From: an uncultured SAR86 cluster bacterium
GTDB lineage: Bacteria; Pseudomonadota; Gammaproteobacteria; Magnimaribacterales; AG-339-G14
Length of the DNA stretch: 64,000 nt
Assembly: GCA_902529935.1 (NCBI GenBank)
Contig: CABZYK010000003.1
Location: forward strand, 64,787-128,786
Reading direction: 5' to 3'
The notes beneath the pieces were generated by a model. The model did no database searches and was not told where the DNA came from. It saw nothing but the letters and a program-made list of their open reading frames with translations. Each line of letters opens with the position of its first letter. Position 1 is the stretch's first letter. The position numbers were made by a program, and so were the translations under genes. Shown one piece after another: positions 55,172 to 63,450 of this stretch.

Positions 55172-55446
55172 TTTAAGTAGATCCTTTTTGTAATTTTCAT
55201 AGCTGTGATAACTACATCACCATTGCAAACGACAGCAGTATTTTTGATGAATTTGTCATAGGATTTTAAGAAATCTTTATGTTCGTATTTAAGTGAGCGC
55301 AATATCTTTTTTGGGATAAAGTATTTTTTATTTCCATGAGTGTTCAAAGATTTTCCATTATCAATAATGAATTTCACAACCTTAGGAGGAATTCCCCTAT
55401 TTTGGCAGCGATGCTTCGCGTGATTAGTAAATATAGTATCTTTCAT
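55168..55446 (-). CDS. DUF4258-like small protein (toxin-like fold)
   Basis: The ATG at 55446 is preferred over the TTG at 55455. FTNHAKHRCQNRGIPPKVV resembles the H..R...RGI signature of DUF4258. Confidence 0.55.
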   Translation of the reverse strand: MKDTIFTNHAKHRCQNRGIPPKVVKFIIDNGKSLNTHGNKKYFIPKKILRSLKYEHKDFLKSYDKFIKNTAVVCNGDVVITAMKITKRIYLK

Positions 55447-55448
55447 AT

Positions 55449-55481
55449 ATGACAATATATGTCATATGACAATTTATGTCA
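55449..55481. promoter_or_regulatory. Operator-like sites 4a/4b: two abutting palindromes ATGACA-ATATA-TGTCAT and ATGACA-ATTTA-TGTCA
   Basis: Read directly. They have the same half-site core and 5-nt spacer as sites 1-3, and lie in the divergent region between the DUF4258-like gene and the 513-aa gene. Confidence 0.6.
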
Positions 55482-55525
55482 AATATAATATTTGTTATAT
55501 GCTATAATAAAACATATAATAAATT

Positions 55526-57067
55526 ATGGTTGATATTCCAAAAGGCAAATCAGCATTTAATCTTCTATTTGATAAGAATTTTAAGCACGCTGAAGAACAG
55601 TTGGCTAAAGCAAGCTTATTGATTAATGATTCATCAATAGATGAGTTTGCAATTTTATTTAAATTAGCTGAAATCCTTGATTCCAATTTTGTTAAAGCTG
55701 ATCTATCACCTATAAATAAAGAGCTTTTTAAATTATTGCTGAATGAAGATTCAAAGATAGGCAAGGTTTTTTGGCATTCGCTAGCAAAATGCTTTTCTCA
55801 GCAAGATACAACATACAATTCTATTGATGCCGAAGAATTAATTTCTATTCTGATGCTTTTAGAAAAAAATGGTTCAAAAGATCTGTACCAAAACTTTAGG
55901 GACTTTATAGCAACAAATGGTCTTTTAAGATCGTCTTCAAAGAGACATCTTGAATATACTTCAATAGCAGAGGAAGCAGGTCAGTCTTCTCTGCTTGATC
56001 TTGTTTTTGAGCTAGATTTTTTTACAAACTTTATAAGTGAACACAAGAATATTCTTTCAGATATTTTTTTGTTTTCTCTGGGCATTAATCCACATATAGG
56101 ACACTCTTTAAAAGAAGATTTTTTCCCTGCAATTAAGGATAAACAAAAATTGATATTCTTAGAAAAAAAGGGCTTAGCTAAAAAGTCTTCTAAAGAATCC
56201 TCAAAGCAATATCATCTATATATGAATTATGGGGAAAACCATGAGATTTTCCTAAAAAAATTGTCTTCATCAAACGAGGATAATGAAGAAAGATACGTCC
56301 AGTGTGAATTCACTCACCGTGAAGAGTTACTGTTACTTAGCGATAAGTTTAATGCATTTGAAAATCTTTTCATCAGTATGATGAATAGTGTAAAAGTCGG
56401 CGATAACATAATGTATCGAAAGGAGAGTTTTACTGAGATATTCATTCAAGAAATGGTTACAAACTATACTTCTGAGTGGAGTAATTTCGAACAAAATTTG
56501 ATGAGTGTTGGCATATTTGTTGACTATGAAGATCTTGAAATTGATGAAATGGATGAACCTTTTCTAAATATCTCAGACTTAGTAGAAAAAGTGTTTCTGG
56601 TATTTTTTAGTTACGCAAAGAAGTTACTCGCATCTCTTTCTTCCCTAATTGATGGAAATAGTGTCACTCCTGAAAGCGCATGTATCTTACTTGAGCTAAG
56701 AAATCCAAAAACAATTTTAAATGCAATAGCTAATGAAAATACTATTCTCAAATGGGCTGAATTCGGAAACAAAACCTCTTTTACTTATATCGATAAATTA
56801 TCCTTTATAGAATGGGGGTTGGAAAAGAAGAGGAAAAATAGACTTCCGAAAATACTTTCCCTCAAAAATCTAAGCAAAAATATCGAACTACAAGACTTAA
56901 CGGCCATAAAAAATAAGTTAGATGCTGTTTTTACAGAAAATTTACCTCGCTCTGATATTATCAAAGAGGATTTGATGAATAAAATTATATCCAACAAAGA
57001 TTTAGGACAATTGACTTATGATGAAAGTCTTATTTTAGATAAGGTTTTTAGTTCGCTAGATTATTGA
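55526..57067 (+). CDS. Orphan 513-aa protein
   Basis: Long clean ORF. No motif recognised. Confidence 0.65.
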   Translation: MVDIPKGKSAFNLLFDKNFKHAEEQLAKASLLINDSSIDEFAILFKLAEILDSNFVKADLSPINKELFKLLLNEDSKIGKVFWHSLAKCFSQQDTTYNSIDAEELISILMLLEKNGSKDLYQNFRDFIATNGLLRSSSKRHLEYTSIAEEAGQSSLLDLVFELDFFTNFISEHKNILSDIFLFSLGINPHIGHSLKEDFFPAIKDKQKLIFLEKKGLAKKSSKESSKQYHLYMNYGENHEIFLKKLSSSNEDNEERYVQCEFTHREELLLLSDKFNAFENLFISMMNSVKVGDNIMYRKESFTEIFIQEMVTNYTSEWSNFEQNLMSVGIFVDYEDLEIDEMDEPFLNISDLVEKVFLVFFSYAKKLLASLSSLIDGNSVTPESACILLELRNPKTILNAIANENTILKWAEFGNKTSFTYIDKLSFIEWGLEKKRKNRLPKILSLKNLSKNIELQDLTAIKNKLDAVFTENLPRSDIIKEDLMNKIISNKDLGQLTYDESLILDKVFSSLDY

Positions 57068-57173
57068 AGAATACAGAAGGTGATTAAATAAGAAACCCCT
57101 AAAGTTTTGGGATTTCATTACGGAATATATTGACGCTTTAAGAATATTAAACAAAAAGTTGAGAAGAGGAATT

Positions 57174-57680
57174 ATGAATAATAAATCTTTAGCTAGGGCA
57201 AAAGAGATAGCCTTTAAGGTCCATGGAGAACAAGAGGATAAAAAAAACTATCCGTATATGGCTCATATATTAGATGTTGCATCGCGAGTTTCTCATCTTG
57301 GAGAAAGTTACGAAATAGTTGGTTTATTGCATGATGCAATAGAGGATGCTGAACCTGAAAGCCTTAAAAAAGAAATAGTAGCGGAAATAAAGAAAGAGTT
57401 TTCTGAAGAAATACTTGAGGCGATATTTGCAGTGTCTAAGCAAAAGGATGAAGATTATTTTTGTGAATATCTACCGAGGTTAAAGAGAAACAAGATCGCT
57501 CTTAAGGTCAAAATAGCAGATTCATCACACAATCTCTCGAAAGCACATTTAATTGAAAACAAACAGCTCCAGCAGAAGCTTAGGAGTAAGTATATTAAAG
57601 TGCTAAACCAGCTTGGGGTAGATGGTAAAAATCTCGAAATACCTTTAGTTTATAAAGATAAAAAGTGGAAAAAGTTGTAA
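57174..57680 (+). CDS. HD-domain (p)ppGpp-hydrolase-like protein (small alarmone hydrolase type)
   Basis: The ATG at 57174 has AGAGGA upstream. AFKVHGEQEDKKNYPYMAHILDVA and VGLLHDAIEDA are the RelA/SpoT-type HD hydrolase blocks. Confidence 0.7.
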   Translation: MNNKSLARAKEIAFKVHGEQEDKKNYPYMAHILDVASRVSHLGESYEIVGLLHDAIEDAEPESLKKEIVAEIKKEFSEEILEAIFAVSKQKDEDYFCEYLPRLKRNKIALKVKIADSSHNLSKAHLIENKQLQQKLRSKYIKVLNQLGVDGKNLEIPLVYKDKKWKKL

Positions 57681-57736
57681 TTCATCTTTATTCATAGGTA
57701 AAACCACCGAAGCGGATAAATTTTGAGGAAATTATT

Positions 57737-58189
57737 ATGAAAATTGTTTATGTAGACATGGATAAAGTTTTGGTAAATTTTCAAAGCGGAATAAATGCTT
57801 TAACGGAAGAAGAAAGAACGGCATTCAAAGATGATCCAGATGATGTGCCTGGAATATTTTCAAAGATGAAACCTGTCGATGGTGCGATCGAAGCCTATGA
57901 AAGACTTTCAAAGCACTTTGATGTTTATATTTTATCTGCAGCCCCTTGGAACAATCCTTCCGCATGGACAGATAAACTCTTATGGGTAAAGAAGTATTTG
58001 GGTGACTTAGCTCATAAAAGATTAATACTTAGTCACAACAAGAATCTAAATATCGGAGATTATTTAATAGACGATAGAACGGCAAATGGTGCAGGAGAGT
58101 TTAAAGGTGAACATATTCATTTTTTGAGTGATGAATTTAAGAATTGGAATGATGTGCTTAATTACTTAATTCCAAACGAAGAAAAGTGA
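57737..58189 (+). CDS. 5'(3')-deoxyribonucleotidase (HAD superfamily, NT5C type)
   Basis: IVYVDMDKVLVNF (DxDxV/T nucleophile motif), YILSAAPW and YLIDDR match the NT5C family. Confidence 0.7.
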   Translation: MKIVYVDMDKVLVNFQSGINALTEEERTAFKDDPDDVPGIFSKMKPVDGAIEAYERLSKHFDVYILSAAPWNNPSAWTDKLLWVKKYLGDLAHKRLILSHNKNLNIGDYLIDDRTANGAGEFKGEHIHFLSDEFKNWNDVLNYLIPNEEK

Positions 58190-58244
58190 AAGAAGCATCT
58201 CAATTAAATTTTTTTTTAATCTTTAGTTGTAAAGAATCGATTTA

Positions 58245-58967
58245 GTGGCGAGGTCTGAAATAAATAATATCGATATTAACTTCGATGTTTACTCTGATAC
58301 TCCTGAAGGTAAAGATCCAGATTCATTCAGTCCTACGCTAAGACAATATCACCAAATCCTTTGGAGCAAACCGCTCCCCAATAATGAAGAATTTTTATTA
58401 AATTTAGATAAACCAAAACTATTGCATCATAAATCTGCTTTAGGTGAGTTTTTTCTATCAAGTGACTCAATCGGACATACCTATAGCAGAGTAAAAAAGA
58501 TGTCACATATTATTGATGAAGTTAGTCAAACAGAGATCAAAAGTTTTTTTTCGATTTGCAGCACAATTGGTGCTTACATAATTTTTCCAGCAAAAAGAAT
58601 AGAGAATAAAATGACAATTAATGGCGCCAGAGGAGTCAATCATAAGATACAAGATAGATTTGATTTAACTCTTGAGTGCATAAGAAGATTTTATCTAAAT
58701 CAAAAAAGTCCATTAACTGATGCTCTGGAGAGGAATGCTAATTTCTTTGAACTCTTCTCTGATTTTAAAGGCTACGTGGATTTTTTCCTTTTACAAGATT
58801 TGATGGAAAATGATTATGAGACAATTAAATTTTGGAGTAATTTTGATAACTTTGAAACAGCACCTCTGCCAAAAGATAAGGAAGAATATTTATCATATAA
58901 GTTTAATTTGATTTCTTTTGTTGCTGCTAGAAACCAAAGGATACTTGAAAATCACCATAATTTTTAA
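58245..58967 (+). CDS. Hypothetical 240-aa protein (conserved-looking; GKDPDSFSPTLRQYHQILWSKPLP block)
   Basis: GTG start per the ORF track. I recall this N-terminal block from an uncharacterised DUF but cannot name it reliably. Confidence 0.55.
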   Translation: MARSEINNIDINFDVYSDTPEGKDPDSFSPTLRQYHQILWSKPLPNNEEFLLNLDKPKLLHHKSALGEFFLSSDSIGHTYSRVKKMSHIIDEVSQTEIKSFFSICSTIGAYIIFPAKRIENKMTINGARGVNHKIQDRFDLTLECIRRFYLNQKSPLTDALERNANFFELFSDFKGYVDFFLLQDLMENDYETIKFWSNFDNFETAPLPKDKEEYLSYKFNLISFVAARNQRILENHHNF

Positions 58968-59013
58968 TGTTCGAAAACAGACTCTTTTTTAAGGTTTATA
59001 TCAGAAAAGTTAT

Positions 59014-59430
59014 ATGGCAATATCTTATTTTATGAAATATTTTAACTATTTATCTTTATCTTTATTTTTATTTTCTTGTGCATCAGGTACTTCGATGTTT
59101 GCTGTAGATCCAAATTCAGTTGAAGACGAAGATAAGTTAGTAATTGATAGAGAACAATGTTATGAAATTGCTGCAACTATTGAAATGGATGGTGAAGTAG
59201 CAGGGAAAGCAGTCGGGGGAGCCCTATTGGGTGGGGCAGGCGTTGCGGGCGCTGCTGCTTTAGCATTCGGCGCGGTATTTCCTCCTGCCATTCCATTTAT
59301 AATTGCTGGAGGCGCAGCTGGTGGGAGCTTGTGGGGTAAATCGGCAAGCGATAGTGAAAAGAAATTTAGAAATAATATTATGAAACAATGCCTGGAAAAA
59401 AGAGGTTATACGGTATTTACCGCAGAGTAA
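59014..59430 (+). CDS. Glycine-zipper lipoprotein
   Basis: Lipobox LFLFSC. Gly/Ala zipper GGALLGGAGVAGAAALAFGAVF...AGGAAGGSLWG. Confidence 0.65.
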   Translation: MAISYFMKYFNYLSLSLFLFSCASGTSMFAVDPNSVEDEDKLVIDREQCYEIAATIEMDGEVAGKAVGGALLGGAGVAGAAALAFGAVFPPAIPFIIAGGAAGGSLWGKSASDSEKKFRNNIMKQCLEKRGYTVFTAE

Positions 59431-59451
59431 TTAATTTTAATAGCATTGAAA

Positions 59452-59937
59452 TTAATTATTCTGCAGAAGAGCAGTCTTGGGATTCATTTGTGATACCGAT
59501 AAGCAAATATTGATGATGCACCAAATAAGCACCCAACCTGGAATGGATATGCCAAACAAACTCCAGACAACTTCGGCGCAATTACCGTCACCGATAAAAA
59601 GCATGCGCAAAGCATCAGAAAAATAAGCGTTATCAAGTAGGTAGCCTAAATCGGGTCCGCAAAAGGGCACTTGGTCTTCGGGTAAAGACTGCAAGTACAA
59701 ATGACGAATCGCGGATGCTGCTCCGGCAATGCTAAACACAGTCGTTAAGGAAAAATAAAATTTAAACCAGCGATCGTGAAAGTAACCAATTAGGGCTGCT
59801 AAACCGGTCAAAGCAATGGCGATTCTTTGAATGATACACATGGGGCAAGGCTCCAATCCCATTTGGTACTCCATGAAGTAAGCCACTGCGATGAGCACCA
59901 CACAAAAACCAAAAATCAGTAATAGAACTTTTTTCAT
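59452..59937 (-). CDS. dsbB: Disulfide bond formation protein B
   Basis: CPMCIIQR (CxxC in periplasmic loop 1), four TM helices and a second Cys pair (FCGP...GNCAE). The start could instead be at 59973. Confidence 0.8.
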   Translation of the reverse strand: MKKVLLLIFGFCVVLIAVAYFMEYQMGLEPCPMCIIQRIAIALTGLAALIGYFHDRWFKFYFSLTTVFSIAGAASAIRHLYLQSLPEDQVPFCGPDLGYLLDNAYFSDALRMLFIGDGNCAEVVWSLFGISIPGWVLIWCIINICLSVSQMNPKTALLQNN

Positions 59938-59991
59938 TGCTAATCTAAACTTGAGTATCGAAGTATAAACCATCAAAACAATATTGAATGC

Positions 59992-62664
59992 ATGGCCAAA
60001 CCTGAAAATTTAGACGATAACAATTCTGTCATATTGGTCGACGGATCGTCTTATGTGTACCGTGCTTATCATGCGTTACCGCCGTTATCGACATCCACCG
60101 GCCAGCCTACAGGCGCCGTGCGTGGGGTGGTCACGATGGTGATGCGTATCTTGCAAGATCATCCTAACGCTCCGGTTGGCATGGTCTTTGATGCCAAAGG
60201 CGATACGTTTCGTCATGAAATGTATGAGGACTACAAAGCCAACAGAGCTGCGATGCCAGATGATTTGATACCGCAAATTGAACCGATTCACGAAGTGATC
60301 AAAGCGTTAGGCATTAAAATCTTTGTGGTCGAAGGCGTTGAGGCGGATGATGTGATCGGCACGCTAGCTGCTGAAGCAGAACAAAAAGGCATCTCGACAA
60401 TTATCTCTACTGGCGATAAGGATTTAGCTCAATTGGTCACCAAAAATATTAAGTTGGTCAATACGATGAAGAATGAGGTCCTTGATATAAATGGAGTGGA
60501 GAAAAAATTCGGCGTGAAGCCGGAACAAATCGTTGATTATTTGGCTTTGGTTGGCGATACCTCGGATAACATTCCAGGCGTGGAAAAAGTGGGTCCTAAG
60601 ACCGCCGTCAATTGGTTATCCGAACATAATGATATCGATACCATCATTGAAAAAGCAGATGAATTCAAAGGAAAGGTTGGAGAATATCTACGTTCCGGCA
60701 TTGAGCAATTAAAACTCTCTCGTCAGCTCACCGAAATTAAGAAAGATGTGAAATTGGACTTTGGGATTGAGGATTTAGCGGTTGGGGAACGCGATGAAAA
60801 AAGATTGCATGAGCTTTTCACGGAACTTGAATTCAAAACTTTATTAAAAGAGGCGCCTAAAGCCTCTAAGCCAAAAAGCACTAGTAAGTACACTTGTATT
60901 TTGGATGACAAAACCTTTGATGGTTGGCTGAAAAAACTTAACAAAGCAAAACAAATTGTCTTGGATTGCGAAACCGATAGATTGGATTTCACCACAGCGG
61001 ATCTGGTGGGTCTTTCTTTTGCAGTTGATGCGGGGGAAGCAGCATATCTCCCTTTTACCCATGATTACGTTAACGCTCCGTCCCAATTAGATCGAGATGC
61101 TTGTTTAAAAAAACTCAAACCTATCTTGGAGGAGAAACCGATCATTGGGCAACACATAAAATTCGATCGAAACGTTTTGGTCAATTACGACATTCATATA
61201 AATAGTATCGAAAACGACACCATGATGATGTCCTATGTTCTGGATTCGACAGCCACTCGTCATAACCTTGACGATATGGCTAATCATTATCTCAATTTAA
61301 AAACCACAACTTTTGAGGAAGTCGCAGGAAAAGGTGTTAAGCAGCTTACCTTTAATAAAGTGAGCCTAGATGTCGCAAGCGATTACGCTGCCGAGGATGC
61401 AGACATCACGTTGCAAATGTACGACACGATTGGTGAGCACTTAAAGAAACAAAAGACACTCCAAAAAGTGCTTAAAGATATTGAACTGCCTCTCATTCCG
61501 GTTTTATCGGACATGGAGCAAAAAGGTACAGTTATCGATTCTGATATTTTGAATCTTCAGTCTAAAAATTTAGGCCAACGCATCAACGGCCTTGAAGAAC
61601 AAGCCTTCTCAATGGCTGGCAAAGAATTTAATTTATCCTCACCCAAACAGCTTCAAGAGATTCTATTTGATGAGATGAACATTCCGGTGATCGAAAAGAC
61701 TCCAGGCGGTCAGCCTTCGACTGCGGAATCTGTTTTGCAAGAACTCGCTAAACAGTACGAACTCCCGCAGGTTATTCTTGAACACAGAACGCTTTCCAAA
61801 CTTAAATCAACTTACACCGATAGATTGCCTGAACAAATTTCAGAGAAAACCGGCAGGGTGCACTCAACTTTTCACCAAGCGGTGACTACTACAGGAAGAC
61901 TATCCTCATCAGATCCTAATTTACAAAATATTCCCATTAAAACTGAGGAAGGCAGGATGATTCGAGAGGCTTTTGTGGCTCCAAAAGGATTTGATTTAAT
62001 CTCTATTGATTATTCACAAATTGAACTTCGCATCATGGCGCACCTTTCCAAGGACGAAGGTTTAATCACAGCTTTTGAAAACGGGGAAGACATTCACTCC
62101 GCCACTGCCAAGGAAGTGTTTGGTTCAGCCGATGATCAAGCCAGGCGCAGTGCAAAAGCCATAAATTTTGGACTCATTTACGGAATGTCAGCATTTGGGC
62201 TAGGTAAGGCTCTGGGAGTGACTCGCCCGGAGGCAGCTGATTACATTGCTTCTTATTTTGGTAAGTACCCTGGAGTAAAAATATACATGGATGAGATGAA
62301 GGCTAAAGCTAAAGATCAGGGTTATGTGGAAACGGCTTTTGGCAGAAGGCTTTATCTACCTGGCATTCATTCTGGCAGAACGCGCATGGCAGCAGAGCGA
62401 GCAGCTATCAATGCACCGATGCAGGGGACTGCTGCAGACATTATGAAATTAGCAATGATCAACATGCATGACTACATAAAAGGTACAGGTAAAGATATTC
62501 ATTTAATTTTACAGGTACATGATGAAGTTATAGTTGAATGCCCAGAAAAAGATACTAAACCAACCTTAAAAGCTCTAGAGCAAATCATGACCGACGTCAC
62601 CGAATTATCCGTTCCGTTAGTGGTTGAAAGCGGCGTTGCAAACAACTGGGGCAAAGCCCACTAA
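59992..62664 (+). CDS. polA: DNA polymerase I
   Basis: 5'-nuclease N-terminus (LVDGSSYVYRAYHA), 3'-5' exonuclease block, and polymerase motifs DYSQIELRIMAH, RRSAKAINFGLIYG, QVHDE. Confidence 0.97.
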   Translation: MAKPENLDDNNSVILVDGSSYVYRAYHALPPLSTSTGQPTGAVRGVVTMVMRILQDHPNAPVGMVFDAKGDTFRHEMYEDYKANRAAMPDDLIPQIEPIHEVIKALGIKIFVVEGVEADDVIGTLAAEAEQKGISTIISTGDKDLAQLVTKNIKLVNTMKNEVLDINGVEKKFGVKPEQIVDYLALVGDTSDNIPGVEKVGPKTAVNWLSEHNDIDTIIEKADEFKGKVGEYLRSGIEQLKLSRQLTEIKKDVKLDFGIEDLAVGERDEKRLHELFTELEFKTLLKEAPKASKPKSTSKYTCILDDKTFDGWLKKLNKAKQIVLDCETDRLDFTTADLVGLSFAVDAGEAAYLPFTHDYVNAPSQLDRDACLKKLKPILEEKPIIGQHIKFDRNVLVNYDIHINSIENDTMMMSYVLDSTATRHNLDDMANHYLNLKTTTFEEVAGKGVKQLTFNKVSLDVASDYAAEDADITLQMYDTIGEHLKKQKTLQKVLKDIELPLIPVLSDMEQKGTVIDSDILNLQSKNLGQRINGLEEQAFSMAGKEFNLSSPKQLQEILFDEMNIPVIEKTPGGQPSTAESVLQELAKQYELPQVILEHRTLSKLKSTYTDRLPEQISEKTGRVHSTFHQAVTTTGRLSSSDPNLQNIPIKTEEGRMIREAFVAPKGFDLISIDYSQIELRIMAHLSKDEGLITAFENGEDIHSATAKEVFGSADDQARRSAKAINFGLIYGMSAFGLGKALGVTRPEAADYIASYFGKYPGVKIYMDEMKAKAKDQGYVETAFGRRLYLPGIHSGRTRMAAERAAINAPMQGTAADIMKLAMINMHDYIKGTGKDIHLILQVHDEVIVECPEKDTKPTLKALEQIMTDVTELSVPLVVESGVANNWGKAH

Positions 62665-62748
62665 TTTTTTTTTCAGATTCATTGAACTTTTATACCTTTG
62701 ATTGGTCATAGGTATAGGTAGATTTTTTCATGTTTACTCTCCTATTAA

Positions 62749-62780
62749 CCCCGGGCCACCCCAATGTCCGGGGTTTTTTT
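62749..62780 (+). terminator. Rho-independent terminator (CCCCGG-N13-CCGGGG-TTTTTTT) downstream of polA
   Basis: Read directly. The T-run ends at the engB stop codon region. It lies 85 nt after the polA stop, so it may terminate polA or a separate small transcript. Confidence 0.7.
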
Positions 62781-63372
62781 ATGAAGTGATAAAAAAGCCG
62801 AGCGCCTCCAGACCGTTACCCTTTTCGGCAGAGCAAATTTGCAGGTGTTCTATCTCTGGGTATTCTTGCGCTGCGCGCTGCGCTGCTGCCAAAGACTGCC
62901 CAGCTTGATTGTTAGACAATTTATCGGCTTTATTGAGACAGATAAAAATATTTATAGGCAACCCCTTACACCAATCAAGAAAAACAAGATCGGCTTCTTT
63001 AAACGGGTGCCTGATATCCATGATGACCACAACCTTCTTGAGGCACTGTCTGCTGAGCAAATAGCTCTCTACCAGTTTTGCCCAATTATTTTGATCTTGT
63101 TTAGACGCTTTGGCGTAACCGTAACCGGGCAAGTCCACTAATTTAGTTTGTGGATCATCGTTAATAGTGAAGAAATTTACCGTTTGGGTTCGACCAGGCG
63201 TTTTTGAGGTCTTAGCAAGCTTTTTGCTATTACCCAAAGCATTGATGATGCTTGATTTCCCCGAGTTGGAACGACCGCACACAGCTATCTCAATTCCTTC
63301 ATCAAAAGGTAGCTGCGCAAGGTTGCCGACAACGCGATCAAACGCTAGGTTAATAGGTAATATTGATTTCAT
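62779..63372 (-). CDS. engB: Ribosome-biogenesis GTP-binding protein EngB/YihA
   Basis: G1 GRSNSGKSS, G3 DLPGYG, G4 NKADK. Conserved position next to polA. Confidence 0.9.
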   Translation of the reverse strand: MKSILPINLAFDRVVGNLAQLPFDEGIEIAVCGRSNSGKSSIINALGNSKKLAKTSKTPGRTQTVNFFTINDDPQTKLVDLPGYGYAKASKQDQNNWAKLVESYLLSRQCLKKVVVIMDIRHPFKEADLVFLDWCKGLPINIFICLNKADKLSNNQAGQSLAAAQRAAQEYPEIEHLQICSAEKGNGLEALGFFITS

Positions 63373-63450
63373 TGTTTTTCACACTAAACAAAGATTATTA
63401 AAGGAGTATGGTATATAATTTTCGCTCGCTCGACCCTGAAATATTTCTTA

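Noticed and set aside
62702-62908. A 68-aa plus-strand ORF after polA.
   Set aside because: It begins in the terminator region and runs antisense through the 3' end of engB, a well-supported gene. Its composition is Pro/Cys/Ala-biased, as expected for an antisense frame.
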